Notes: generated by a model from the letters alone, not told the origin. A stretch of DNA of 64,000 nucleotides from PVC group bacterium (GCA_945870225.1 CAMBRF010000010.1:20880-84879), one strand, 5' to 3'. Shown: positions 1-9,494, counted from the first letter of the stretch. Numbers and translations: made by a program.

Positions 1-93
1 ATGTCATGGCGGGAATGTGACGGGAACGGAAGGAGGGGTCAAGAACGGGGATGACACCATAAACACTGAGGCACAGGCGTCATCTGCCCGGCA

Positions 94-1884
94 TCACGTC
101 TCTGGCGGTTCAGCGACCCGCGTCGCGCGGGCAGGAATCCGTGTTTGTTGTCGAAGCGTGCCGCCAAGTTGCCGGCGCATAGCATGGAAGTAGCGTTTTA
201 CGATTTCGTAGCCAAGTTTAGGGCGCCGGTATTCGTCCACCACACCCTTGTTGTTCATGCAGCGGGCACGGGTCGTGGCGATACTTTCGTCAACGCGCAC
301 GTCGCCGAACTGCCAAATGAACGCGCCGCTGAATCGCGGATGGTCGAGGTAAACCGAGAGGCACTCATCAAGGATGTCGGCCTGGCGGTCTTCCGACCAT
401 TTCGCCCGGCGGTTCGGATCTCGGAACCCGTACAGTCCTTCTCCGCCGAATTCACTGGCGATGATCGGCTTGCGGCCCGCGGGCGTGGCATCCAGTACGC
501 GAAGCGCGTCGCGATTGGCATCGGCCACCGGAATCTGAGCGTACCAGTTGTGATACCAGTTCCAGCCGCACACATCAGGCAGGTCCTGGCATAGATCCTT
601 CCCGTGCCGGAAGCTGGCGAAGGTGGTCGGACGGCTTCGATCAAGCGACCGGATTTGCCGGAATTGTTCCGCATAATGTTTCCGCCCAGCGGGCGTGTGG
701 CTGGCACACTCATTCAAGATGCCCCACAAGACGATGGATGGATGATTGTGGTGCCAGCCAATCATCTCCGCAATGCATTGCCGGCACTGATCCCGGAAAC
801 AAGGATGGGCCATCCTGGCGTCGTCCAGCCCCCTGGCATGGCTTTCCTCCCACACCATGATGCCGTGCTCGTCACAGAGATCAAGAAACCGCTGGTCGTT
901 GGGGTAGTGGGAAGTGCGGACAGCGTTAACTCCAAGGTCACGCATGAGAGCGATATCGTGATGGATAACGTCGAACGTTTGCGCGCAGCCATGCAGCGCC
1001 GTATCCTCGTGCCGGTTGAACCCGAAAAGAAATGTTGGTCTACCGTTCAGGAGGATCTTGCGACCGGCCGTCTTGACGGTTCGGAACCCGACACGGTCAA
1101 TCAGGTCGTCAGCGATCGCACCGTCCTGCATGAGGTGAGCGGTTAGGGAGTAGAGCCGGGGATTCAGCCAATCCCAGGGGGTGACGCGGGCAAACGCCAT
1201 CCGTCCGCTCAGAACCGTCACACCGGGTCGCAGCGTGCGTTGGGGAAAAGCCAGCGTGGCCCCGGCTACCTTGACATCAAGCGCTGTCCGCACGGCCGGA
1301 CCCAGGTTCACGATCTCCGCCTGAACGCCTGCTGACCAGCGAGCCTCCCTCCCGGCCGCGGGGTTTGGGCATTCGGGAGTGAAATGGACAAACCGGATGT
1401 ACGAGGAACCCCGCAGATATTGAAGTTCGACCGGACGATTCAGGCCGCCATAGTTGTAGTAATCGTTTGGGACATGCAATGCCGACAGCGCGCCGTGTTC
1501 GTTGCTGATGTGGACAAGGAGTTCGTGGCTGCCGGCTTTGAGCGCGGGAAGGTCCACGGCAAAAGGGGTGAAGGCGTTGTGGTGCTGCCCCACAAGACAG
1601 CCATCAAGATATACCCGGGCCGTGTGGCTGACGCCGCGAAACACAAGGCGCGCATACGATGAACTTGGCGTCGAGAACCTGCGTCTTGCCACGGCCTGGC
1701 CGCGGTAATTTTCAAGACCGATCAGGGTTTCCCAAACGCCGGGAACCGGCAGTAAAAAGTGGCGGGCCCCGGCTAGGCGCAGCGGGTTCAGGGTTGATCC
1801 CTTGGCCGGAACGAAGAGATCCCACAGACCTTCCAACGATTCGACAGTCCGTACTTGATGCTCTATAAAGACTCTGCCGCTCAT
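94..1884 (-). CDS. Glycoside hydrolase family 2 (beta-glucuronidase/beta-galactosidase-like)
   Basis: 596-aa ORF. Sugar-binding, Ig-like and TIM-barrel regions typical of GH2. Contains the 'NAVRTSHYP' motif and a downstream 'WEES/WGILNE' acid/base region characteristic of GH2 (LacZ/UidA-like). Confidence 0.8.
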   Translation of the reverse strand: MSGRVFIEHQVRTVESLEGLWDLFVPAKGSTLNPLRLAGARHFLLPVPGVWETLIGLENYRGQAVARRRFSTPSSSYARLVFRGVSHTARVYLDGCLVGQHHNAFTPFAVDLPALKAGSHELLVHISNEHGALSALHVPNDYYNYGGLNRPVELQYLRGSSYIRFVHFTPECPNPAAGREARWSAGVQAEIVNLGPAVRTALDVKVAGATLAFPQRTLRPGVTVLSGRMAFARVTPWDWLNPRLYSLTAHLMQDGAIADDLIDRVGFRTVKTAGRKILLNGRPTFLFGFNRHEDTALHGCAQTFDVIHHDIALMRDLGVNAVRTSHYPNDQRFLDLCDEHGIMVWEESHARGLDDARMAHPCFRDQCRQCIAEMIGWHHNHPSIVLWGILNECASHTPAGRKHYAEQFRQIRSLDRSRPTTFASFRHGKDLCQDLPDVCGWNWYHNWYAQIPVADANRDALRVLDATPAGRKPIIASEFGGEGLYGFRDPNRRAKWSEDRQADILDECLSVYLDHPRFSGAFIWQFGDVRVDESIATTRARCMNNKGVVDEYRRPKLGYEIVKRYFHAMRRQLGGTLRQQTRIPARATRVAEPPET

Positions 1885-2050
1885 GACGATTGCTCTCCTG
1901 CTGTGTATATATACTGCGGATCGGACTCTGGCAAGCGAGGTCGTCCGCCAGGGAGAATGGCCTCATCCGGGCGTCAGCAACCGCTTGTCACACGGGCCTG
2001 ATTTTGATTAAATCATCGCAGTTTTACCGGAATAAGGAGATGCAACCATA

Positions 2051-2746
2051 ATGTTCTTTGATCCCAAATACTTTCTTTTCATCGGGCCGGGGATGATCCT
2101 GGCCATCATTGCCACCATCAAGGTTAAGACGACCTTCAACAAGTACTCCAAAATCGCGGCAGCCTCCCGCCTCACGGGCGCGCAAGCGGCCCGCCGGCTG
2201 CTGGATCAGCAGGGCCTGCAGAACGTGTCCATTGAGCAGGTGGACGGCATGCTGAGCGATCACTATGACCCGACGTCCCGAACCCTCCGGCTCTCGACGT
2301 CCGTCTTCGGCTCCAACTCGCTTGCCGCCATCGGCGTGGCCTGCCACGAAGCCGGCCATGCCATGCAGCACGCCACCGGCTACGCCTGGCTGGGAATGCG
2401 CTCCGCCCTCGTTCCCGCCACCCAGTTCGGCTCCTACGGATCCTACATCTTCATCATGCTCGGCTCGGTCATGCACCATCCCGCGCTGCTCATGGTGGGC
2501 GTCGTGCTCTTTTCGGTGACGGTGCTCTTCTCGATCGTCACCCTGCCGGTGGAGTGGGACGCCAGTGCGCGCGCCAAACGGCTCATGGTCATGTCGGGTA
2601 TCGTCACCTATCAGGAGCAGGAGGACGCCGGGAAGGTTCTCAACGCCGCCTTCCTGACCTATGTGGCCTCGGCCCTCACGGCGCTCCTCACCCTGCTCTA
2701 CTACCTCTACCGCTCCGGTCTCCTGGGCGGAAGAAGCCGGGACTAA
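2051..2746 (+). CDS. Putative neutral zinc metallopeptidase (Zn_peptidase_2 / YpfJ-like membrane protein)
   Basis: 231 aa. N- and C-terminal hydrophobic helices. HEAGH zinc-binding motif ('GVACHEAGHAMQH'). AAGGAG RBS 7-12 nt upstream of the ATG. Confidence 0.7.
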   Translation: MFFDPKYFLFIGPGMILAIIATIKVKTTFNKYSKIAAASRLTGAQAARRLLDQQGLQNVSIEQVDGMLSDHYDPTSRTLRLSTSVFGSNSLAAIGVACHEAGHAMQHATGYAWLGMRSALVPATQFGSYGSYIFIMLGSVMHHPALLMVGVVLFSVTVLFSIVTLPVEWDASARAKRLMVMSGIVTYQEQEDAGKVLNAAFLTYVASALTALLTLLYYLYRSGLLGGRSRD

Positions 2747-2747
2747 G

Positions 2748-3290
2748 ATGCCCACTGTTCTCGTCCCACTGGCTAATGGCGTTGAAGAGATGGAGGCCGT
2801 CATCATCATTGACGTCCTGCGCCGTGCCCAGTGGACCGTGGTGACAGCCGGAATCGATGACGGCGTGGTGACGGCCTCGCGCGGGGTCCGGCTCCTGCCG
2901 GATCAACCCTGGGCAGACCTCGACCCCTCCGGATTCGAGGTGCTCATGATTCCCGGCGGCGGACCCGGCGTGGAACGACTTCTCAAGGACGACCGTCTCC
3001 TGGCAACCCTCCGCGAATTCGACCGGGCGGGTAAATGGATCGGCGCCGTCTGCGCCGCCCCCCTGGTCCTTCAGGCTGCCGGCCTTCTCCGCAGCAGACG
3101 GGTCACCTGCCATCCCGGCGTTGCCGACAGACTGACGGTGACGCCGCGACTCGACGAACGCGTCGTGGTGGATGGCCGGCTCGTCACCAGCCAGGGGCCC
3201 GGCACCACGATGGAGTTCGCCCTGGCCATGGTGCGCCTGGTGGATGGCGACAACAAAGCCCATTCTCTCGCCCAAAGCATGGGCGTATAG
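2748..3290 (+). CDS. DJ-1/PfpI (ThiJ) family protein
   Basis: About 180 aa. Start overlaps the previous stop (TAAGATG). Conserved nucleophile-elbow context 'IGAVCAAP'. 'MIPGG' glycine loop typical of the DJ-1/PfpI class I glutamine amidotransferase-like fold. Confidence 0.8.
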   Translation: MPTVLVPLANGVEEMEAVIIIDVLRRAQWTVVTAGIDDGVVTASRGVRLLPDQPWADLDPSGFEVLMIPGGGPGVERLLKDDRLLATLREFDRAGKWIGAVCAAPLVLQAAGLLRSRRVTCHPGVADRLTVTPRLDERVVVDGRLVTSQGPGTTMEFALAMVRLVDGDNKAHSLAQSMGV

Positions 3291-3293
3291 GTC

Positions 3294-4079
3294 ATGATGC
3301 TCGAACGACATGAGGCGAAGTATGTGATCCCGCCCGAAATGGTGGGCCCGATACGCGACTACCTCCGCCCGTTTTGTTCGCCGGACCCCCACGGTCAGGG
3401 CGACCCGCCGCATTACACGGTCATCACCCTGCAACTGGACGGACCCGGCCTGCCGCTGCATTACGCCACACAGAACCAGATGGATAACCGGTTCAAGTTG
3501 CGAGTCAGGACGTACGCTCAACCGGACAGTCCAATCTTCCTCGAGGTCAAACGCAAGCATGGCCTGATTGTGGCCAAGAGCCGGGCGGTGATTCCTGCCG
3601 CCGCCTGGAGCCGCGATCTGGTTTACTCCACTCACGTCTCCCTGCCCTTCGCAAAGGCAAAAGACTACGAGGGCTTCCTCACCTTTGTCCGACTGGCACG
3701 CGAATTGCAGGCCGAACCGGTGGTGCGCATCCGTTACGAGCGTGAATCGTATTTCGGAAACAACGAACCCTATGCGAGGGTCAGCTTCGACCGCCGGCTT
3801 GAGTATCAACCGGCTGCCGATTGGGATGTACGGGGTACGGACGGGCGTTGGATCCCGATGGATACCGGCCTGGTCCAAAACAAGCTCTACCCATGGTCCG
3901 GCGTCGTCCTCGAATTGAAAACCTTCAACGATGCCCCACGCTGGATGGTGGACCTGACGCAAGAATTCGATCTTGTCCGGGACGGACACTGCAAGTACTC
4001 TAATGCCGTCTTGAATGAGGCGATTTTCAGGGGAAGCCCGCAAACGCCGCCCTACGAAACCGTGCTTCAGGATTACTAA
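3294..4079 (+). CDS. VTC domain protein (polyphosphate polymerase-like / triphosphate tunnel CYTH-like)
   Basis: 261 aa. Tunnel-lining motifs: 'ERHEAKY', 'RFKLRVRTY', 'FLEVKRK', 'RIRYERESY', 'VVLELK' (alternating basic residues and E-x-K on beta strands, as in the VTC4 catalytic domain). Confidence 0.7.
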   Translation: MMLERHEAKYVIPPEMVGPIRDYLRPFCSPDPHGQGDPPHYTVITLQLDGPGLPLHYATQNQMDNRFKLRVRTYAQPDSPIFLEVKRKHGLIVAKSRAVIPAAAWSRDLVYSTHVSLPFAKAKDYEGFLTFVRLARELQAEPVVRIRYERESYFGNNEPYARVSFDRRLEYQPAADWDVRGTDGRWIPMDTGLVQNKLYPWSGVVLELKTFNDAPRWMVDLTQEFDLVRDGHCKYSNAVLNEAIFRGSPQTPPYETVLQDY

Positions 4080-4086
4080 GGTCATT

Positions 4087-4770
4087 ATGGATGAGTTTCT
4101 GACAATCTTCGGTCCGGCGCGGATTCTGGGCGTGGAGCAGATTATCGTCTCGTTCCTCGCCAGTTTCGTTTTGTGCCTGATGATCGCCTATGTGTACCGC
4201 CGGACCTACGAGGGGCTTTCCTATTCCCGGTCCTTTGTCCAGACCCTCATTCTCAGCGGGGTGATCTCCAGCGTGCTGATCATGGCGATCGGAAACAACC
4301 TGGCGCGCGGGCTGGGCATCCTGGGCACCTTGGCCATCATCCGGTTCCGAACCCATATTCGCGACCCGCGGGACATCATCTTCCTGTTTGCCTCGCTATC
4401 GGTCGGCATTTCATGCGGGGCCTCGGTTTTTTCCGTGGCCGTGATCGGAACCATCGGTTTCTGTCTGGTGGTCTTCTTCCTGCACTATGCGCCGTTCGCC
4501 TCACGCCGTGATTACGAGGGACTGGTCCGTTTCTCCCTCCCCTCCGGGACGACGGCATCCCCCGACATTCAGCGGGTCATCGAGCAGTTCTGTTCATCCT
4601 GCCAGTTGATCGCCGTCCGCGACGCCATCCAGGGCGAGGGACAGGAGTTCGCCTATCAGGTCCGTCTGCGCGACCCCTCCTACCAGGGCGACCTGATTGC
4701 AGGCCTGAAGGGTTTGGCGCAGGTTTCGAATGTGAACCTCTTGATGCAGCGTACAACCGTCGAATTGTGA
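4087..4770 (+). CDS. DUF4956 domain membrane protein (usual genomic partner of bacterial VTC proteins)
   Basis: About 228 aa from ATG at 4087 (the track ORF begins upstream at 4015). Multi-pass membrane protein. Conserved 'IIRFRTHIRDPRD' motif typical of DUF4956. Lies 7 nt after the VTC stop. Confidence 0.65.
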   Translation: MDEFLTIFGPARILGVEQIIVSFLASFVLCLMIAYVYRRTYEGLSYSRSFVQTLILSGVISSVLIMAIGNNLARGLGILGTLAIIRFRTHIRDPRDIIFLFASLSVGISCGASVFSVAVIGTIGFCLVVFFLHYAPFASRRDYEGLVRFSLPSGTTASPDIQRVIEQFCSSCQLIAVRDAIQGEGQEFAYQVRLRDPSYQGDLIAGLKGLAQVSNVNLLMQRTTVEL

Positions 4771-4780
4771 AGGACAGCCT

Positions 4781-5962
4781 ATGGGTCCGCCGTCTGAGAT
4801 CAAGTCAGCCCAGCCGCAGGGGCATCCCCGTGTGAGATGGAGCCGCTGGAAAGCCCACTGGCCGTTGCTGGTATGGCTCGGGGCAGCCGTGGCGACGCTG
4901 GCTCTGTTCATTTATGGCGCCCGCACCGGCGGCATGGTCGGGTACGTCGAGATTGTCGAACATCCCATCGCCTCCCTCGAACTGGGCCGGCTGGTTGCCG
5001 TGGACGTGGTGGTCGGCCAGACCGTGAAAGCCGGTGATGTGGTCGCCCGGCTGGAGACCGCGCAAATCGATGCCGAACTGGCCGCTGAAGAGGTGCTCCG
5101 TCAGGAGGCACGGGTCACCCTGCCGATCCCTGAGCAGTCCGCGCTTCAGGTCGAACGCCAATTTGCCTCAGCCCTCGCCTCTTCCCAGACGACACTGGAC
5201 GGACTGCGTCTTCAGGAGGCCCAGGATAAAGCCGAACTCGGGGTTCTGGAGGGGGAATTGACCCGCATGAACGAACTCCTCACAAAGCGACTCATCGATG
5301 CCTCGACCGTCGGCCAACTCCGAACCCGGCAAGCCGTCCTGGCCAAGGCAATGGCACTCTATCCAACCTCGATTCGTGAACAGGAACAGCGCGTGGAAGA
5401 GACCCGGCGGCAGCAGGAATCCGCTCTGGCCGCCCTGCGAGCAACCGCCCGATCCGGATCAGGCGGCAGCAGGAACTTTCTGGTCGAGGTTCAGGCGCAA
5501 CGCGTGGCCGCTCTGGAAGCCCGGCGCCGGGAGCGCGTCTTGAAGGCTCCGGAAGCTGGCACCGTAGGGCAGATCATGTTCAGGCCGGGGGATGTCGTCA
5601 TGGCCGGCCTGCCCATCCTGACCATTGTGGAGAATCAAGCCCGGCGCGTGATCGGCTTTGTACCGGAAATCAGCGCACGCGATTCGCAGGTGGGACAGGC
5701 GATGCGGGTGGATCGCATGTATGGCTTCGGCGAGTCGTTTGCGGCGCGCGTCACCTCCCTCGAACCTGCTGTGCGCGGTCTACCGGGCCAGATCAATCCC
5801 GTCCCGGGCCGCACCATGCGAGGCCGGCGGATCGTCTGCGATTTGGATGGCCCAACCGATTTGCTGCCGGGCGAGACCGTGCAACTGCGTACGCTCTTCC
5901 CGTTCTGGCAGCCCCTGATTGACTGGATCATCCCGCTGATGCCGGGCCATGGTGCCCGATGA
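4781..5962 (+). CDS. HlyD-family membrane fusion (periplasmic adaptor) protein
   Basis: 393 aa. Single N-terminal TM helix. Lipoyl/biotinyl-like hairpin 'VKAGDVVARLE'. Long coiled-coil. C-terminal beta-barrel segment 'VGFVPE...RVD'. Consistent with the HlyD_D23/HlyD_3 architecture. Confidence 0.7.
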   Translation: MGPPSEIKSAQPQGHPRVRWSRWKAHWPLLVWLGAAVATLALFIYGARTGGMVGYVEIVEHPIASLELGRLVAVDVVVGQTVKAGDVVARLETAQIDAELAAEEVLRQEARVTLPIPEQSALQVERQFASALASSQTTLDGLRLQEAQDKAELGVLEGELTRMNELLTKRLIDASTVGQLRTRQAVLAKAMALYPTSIREQEQRVEETRRQQESALAALRATARSGSGGSRNFLVEVQAQRVAALEARRRERVLKAPEAGTVGQIMFRPGDVVMAGLPILTIVENQARRVIGFVPEISARDSQVGQAMRVDRMYGFGESFAARVTSLEPAVRGLPGQINPVPGRTMRGRRIVCDLDGPTDLLPGETVQLRTLFPFWQPLIDWIIPLMPGHGAR

Positions 5963-7485
5963 ATCCGATGAACAGGGCTTTCATGATCTTGTGGCCGGTC
6001 CTGCTCATGGCTCTTTCTGGCTGCCGCAGCACGTGGTCGGAAACAGCAAACCCGACGATGGCCGGCGAGGTCACGCCCGACTCCACCGCCCCACTCTCAG
6101 CGGTCACCAACACCGTACTGGATGTCCACTCGGCCATCACGGCCGCCCTCGCCCATCAGCCTGAAATCGTCCTGCTGCGCCAGGCCATGGAGGTCGCCCG
6201 CGCTGAGGCGGTTACCTGCTCGGGCCTGCTCAACCCTGAACTGAGGGTGGGCTATGATGTGGGCGGGCAACGCACCGAGCGGACCTGGTACACCAACACC
6301 GCTTACAATGTGATCCCCCCCTACACCAACACCGCCTGGCGCCCTCTGGATGCGCGCGGGGATGATGCACGGGACCAGGACACCCTGCAACTGGCGCTGC
6401 GCATTTTTCCGCCCAATCCCTGGTTGTTGTGGGCACAGGGGGACGGCGCGCGCGCCCGGTTTGCCGCCGCCTCGGCCGACCTGAGAGCGGCGGAATGGCG
6501 TCTGTTGTGCGGCGTACGAAAGCTGTTCAACACACTGGACTATCTGGAGCAGGACCTGGAGTTGGCCGGCAAGCTGGTGGCGATCCGGCAGGCCGAGGCG
6601 GAGACCCTGCGAATTCTGGCCGACAAACAGCAGGTTACCGCCGTGGATGAATTGGCCGCCGTTCAAAGGCATTACCAAGTCCTGATGGATCGCGAACGGA
6701 TGGAGGCGAGCCTGGCGCAGAAGCGGGCGGAGTTGTCCGCCATGACGGGGATCCCGGTCGCGGGCGTCCTGCAGGACCCACCTGCGGCACGGGAGGCCGG
6801 GCTGCGGGCACTGGGGGGTGACCGTCTGGCTGCAATGCGGGTGAAGGTAATTGAGAACCGGCAGGAAGTGGTGGCCGCTTATTGGCGCCAGCAGTCGGCT
6901 CAGGCCTCCCTGCGCGAGGCGAAAAGCCTGCGAATCCCCTGGTTCACCCACATCCAGGGTTCCTACACACGCGGCCGGTCACATGAGGCGTTGTCCGCGG
7001 CGGCCAACCTACAGACCGTGCCCGGCGCCATCCCGGATCCGGTTCTGGCCACTGATGAATCGCAGGATGAGTCCTGGGGCATCGAAGCCGCCGTGGAAAT
7101 CCCCGTATTTTCCCTGGGCCCCGGCGCCACCCGGCTTCAACGTGCAGACTGCAGGCGCTGGACGGCGGTTTTCGGGGAGACCACGCGGAATGTCCTGACT
7201 CAGTTTGACGGAGCCGTGACGGCGTGGCAGGACGCGTCCCGGCGGTCGGCCCGACTGGAGACCGACTCGGGGGCGCTCATCAAGCGGGCGGAAGACCTGG
7301 CGGCGGAGATCACCGCCCGGCGCGATCTGGCACCCGGCGATACTGGCAAGGTGCAGGAAACCATTCTCCAGATGAAACGGACCGTGCTTCAATCCCATTT
7401 CGAAAGGCAACAGGCATGGCTCCTCCTTGAGGAAGCCTTTGGCGCCTCCCTGAAAGCGGTTGAAATGCGGGCCGAAATACGCTAG
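5959..7485 (+). CDS. TolC-like outer-membrane efflux protein (putative lipoprotein)
   Basis: 508 aa. Start overlaps the HlyD stop (ATGA). Signal peptide with lipobox-like 'LSGC'. Two long, internally repeated coiled-coil-rich halves typical of outer membrane factor proteins. Family call made by pattern only. Confidence 0.5.
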   Translation: MNPMNRAFMILWPVLLMALSGCRSTWSETANPTMAGEVTPDSTAPLSAVTNTVLDVHSAITAALAHQPEIVLLRQAMEVARAEAVTCSGLLNPELRVGYDVGGQRTERTWYTNTAYNVIPPYTNTAWRPLDARGDDARDQDTLQLALRIFPPNPWLLWAQGDGARARFAAASADLRAAEWRLLCGVRKLFNTLDYLEQDLELAGKLVAIRQAEAETLRILADKQQVTAVDELAAVQRHYQVLMDRERMEASLAQKRAELSAMTGIPVAGVLQDPPAAREAGLRALGGDRLAAMRVKVIENRQEVVAAYWRQQSAQASLREAKSLRIPWFTHIQGSYTRGRSHEALSAAANLQTVPGAIPDPVLATDESQDESWGIEAAVEIPVFSLGPGATRLQRADCRRWTAVFGETTRNVLTQFDGAVTAWQDASRRSARLETDSGALIKRAEDLAAEITARRDLAPGDTGKVQETILQMKRTVLQSHFERQQAWLLLEEAFGASLKAVEMRAEIR

Positions 7486-7540
7486 ATTCCCTACCTTAGT
7501 GAAGTTGAGAAAGATTTCACGACGGATGCGATAGTAAAGT

Positions 7541-7691
7541 TGTCTTCGGGAACGGGTGCTCCGCGATAAGCGGAAAGTCCCAACCGGCGGTTAAAGCCCG
7601 CGAGTCTCGGTCAAACGGGACAGACACGGTGAAATGCCGTGGCCGACAGTAATGGTGGCGTATCAGCCCCTCAGTCTGGATGGGAGAAGGC
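7541..7691 (+). ncRNA. FMN riboswitch (RFN element) in the 5' leader of ribBA
   Basis: Strongly conserved RFN core blocks: 'UCUUCGGG' (P1 5' strand), 'ACCGGCGGU', 'AAAGCCCGCGAG', 'GCCGACAGU', 'AGUCUGGAUGGGAGAAGG' (P1 3' strand). Order and spacing are as in RF00050. Sits between the upstream stop (7485) and the ribBA RBS. Confidence 0.85.
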
Positions 7692-7721
7692 AAAACCGGT
7701 GTGTCATCATACCGGCACGAA

Positions 7722-7752
7722 AACCCGAAGATCCTTTGTCTTCGGGTTTTTT
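7722..7752 (+). terminator. Rho-independent terminator (riboswitch expression platform)
   Basis: 10-bp GC-containing stem 'AACCCGAAGA'/'UCUUCGGGUU', 7-nt loop, followed by a U6 tract. The 3' arm repeats the riboswitch P1 5'-strand sequence 'UCUUCGGG', consistent with mutually exclusive terminator/aptamer folding. Confidence 0.7.
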
Positions 7753-7771
7753 GTCGTTTAAGGAGGCGTGA

Positions 7772-8998
7772 TTGAGCACAACCGTGAAGAAAATAAAAAC
7801 GATATTCGACTCGGTGGAAGAGGTTCTGGCCGCCTTCCGCAAGGGCCGGATGGTCGTCATTACAGACGATGAAAACCGTGAAAACGAGGGCGATCTGGTG
7901 ATGGCGGCCGATGCTATCACGGATCAGGCCATCAACTTCATGACCAAGCAGGGACGCGGATTGATCTGTGTGGCCATGATGCGGGAACGTCTTGAACAGC
8001 TGGGCGTCCGCTGCATGGCCACCCGGTGCGCCGGGGGGGATCATTTCGGGACGGCTTTCATGGAATCCGTAGACGCTCGGCAAGGCGTGACCACCGGCAT
8101 CAGCGCGGCGGACCGGGCCGGCACCATCCGGACGTTGGTGGCGGACAAGGCCACGCGCCAGGATCTGGTCAGTCCCGGCCACATGTTCCCTCTGCAGGCC
8201 CGGGATGGCGGCGTGTTGACACGGGCCGGACATACCGAGGCGGCGGTCGATCTGGCGCGCCTGGCCGGACATTTCCCTGCCGGGGTCATCTGTGAAATCC
8301 TGAGCAGCGACGGAAAGATGGCGCGCCTGCCGGAATTAAGACGGTTCGCCACCCGTCACAAACTCAAGATCACCTCGATCGAGGCCCTGATCGCCTACCG
8401 GCGCAAGCAGGAGCGCCTGGTGGAGTTCCTGCGCGTGGTGGATCTGCCGACACGATTCGGTATGTTTAAACTCAAGCTTTACCGTTCCGCGGTGGACAAC
8501 GAAAACCACCTCGCACTCGTGCTGGGCGACCCCACCCGGGTGCGCGCCCCGCTGGTGCGGGTCCACAGCGAATGCCTGACGGGCGATGTGTTCGGCTCAT
8601 TGCGCTGCGACTGCGGGGTGCAGTTCGAAAAGGCCATGCAGATGGTGGCGGCCGAGGGAACGGGCGTTGTTCTGTACATGCGCCAGGAGGGCCGCGGCAT
8701 CGGGCTGGCGAACAAGCTCCATGCTTACGAGTTGCAGGAGCAGGGACTGGACACCGTGGAGGCAAATGAGAAGCTGGGCTTCGGCGCCGACCTGCGCGAT
8801 TACGGAACGGGCGCCCAGATCCTGGCTGATCTGGGCCTCAGCCGGATCCGGCTGATCACCAACAACCCGTGTAAAGTGGTGGGGCTGGAAGCTTATGGCC
8901 TGCACATCACCGAGCGCGTCCCCCTGATTTTGCCGTCGACGGAACACAGCAAACGCTATCTCGCAACGAAAAAGAAAAAAATGGGTCATTGGTTGTAA
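7772..8998 (+). CDS. ribBA: Bifunctional 3,4-dihydroxy-2-butanone-4-phosphate synthase / GTP cyclohydrolase II
   Basis: 408 aa. TTG start 5 nt after AGGAGG. N-terminal RibB motifs ('RENEGDLV', 'GRGLICVAM'). C-terminal RibA zinc motif 'CLTGDVFGSLRCDCG' and 'MRQEGRGIGL'. Confidence 0.95.
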   Translation: MSTTVKKIKTIFDSVEEVLAAFRKGRMVVITDDENRENEGDLVMAADAITDQAINFMTKQGRGLICVAMMRERLEQLGVRCMATRCAGGDHFGTAFMESVDARQGVTTGISAADRAGTIRTLVADKATRQDLVSPGHMFPLQARDGGVLTRAGHTEAAVDLARLAGHFPAGVICEILSSDGKMARLPELRRFATRHKLKITSIEALIAYRRKQERLVEFLRVVDLPTRFGMFKLKLYRSAVDNENHLALVLGDPTRVRAPLVRVHSECLTGDVFGSLRCDCGVQFEKAMQMVAAEGTGVVLYMRQEGRGIGLANKLHAYELQEQGLDTVEANEKLGFGADLRDYGTGAQILADLGLSRIRLITNNPCKVVGLEAYGLHITERVPLILPSTEHSKRYLATKKKKMGHWL

Positions 8999-9010
8999 GA
9001 GGAGAACATC

Positions 9011-9490
9011 ATGAATACAAACGTGAAAGAGCTGTCGGGAAACCTGATTGGAAAAGGATTGAAGATCGGAATCGTGGTGAGCCGATTCAACGACTTCTTC
9101 ACCAAGGAATTGGTGGGAGGCTCGATCGACTGCCTGGTCCGCCATGGTGTGACGGATAAGGATATCGTCGTGGTCTGGGTGCCGGGCGCCAACGAGCTCC
9201 CGCTGGCAACCCAAAAGCTGGCGGCCAAGGGCGGCGTGGATGCCATTGTGGCCCTCGGGGTGGTGATCCAGGGCGCTACGCCGCATGCCGATCTGATCAA
9301 TGCCCAGGTATCCCGCTCGCTGGTGGGAATCGCCCTGGACAAGCAGGTGCCTGTGATCAACTCCGTGGTGTGCGCCGACACGATCGAGCAGGCCATTGAG
9401 CGGTGCGGCACGAAGGCTGGCAACAAGGGTTGGAATGGCGCGCTGGCGGCCATCGAGATGGCCAACCTCTACCGGCAGATGGGAGCGTAG
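9011..9490 (+). CDS. ribH: 6,7-dimethyl-8-ribityllumazine synthase
   Basis: 159 aa. 'KIGIVVSRFNDFFT' and 'VDAIVALGVVIQGATPHADL' are hallmark lumazine synthase motifs. Confidence 0.95.
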   Translation: MNTNVKELSGNLIGKGLKIGIVVSRFNDFFTKELVGGSIDCLVRHGVTDKDIVVVWVPGANELPLATQKLAAKGGVDAIVALGVVIQGATPHADLINAQVSRSLVGIALDKQVPVINSVVCADTIEQAIERCGTKAGNKGWNGALAAIEMANLYRQMGA

Positions 9491-9494
9491 TCGA

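Noticed and set aside
2024-4085. Long minus-strand ORFs (2024..2809, 261 aa; 2688..4085, 465 aa) antisense to the Zn-peptidase, DJ-1 and VTC genes
   Set aside because: They are Arg/Gly/His-rich, low-complexity translations typical of antisense frames in high-GC DNA. The plus-strand genes carry clear family motifs (HEAGH, the DJ-1 nucleophile elbow, VTC tunnel residues).
6097-6951. 284-aa minus-strand ORF inside the TolC-like gene
   Set aside because: It is the antisense frame of a well-supported, translationally coupled plus-strand gene. Its composition is Pro/Gly/Arg/Gln-biased with no motifs.
7505-7540. Candidate sigma70 promoter for the riboswitch transcript (TTGAGA at about 7505-7510 with several possible -10 hexamers)
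   Set aside because: The -35-like hexamer is decent, but no -10 with acceptable spacing and match could be fixed confidently. It is left as a note and not a feature.
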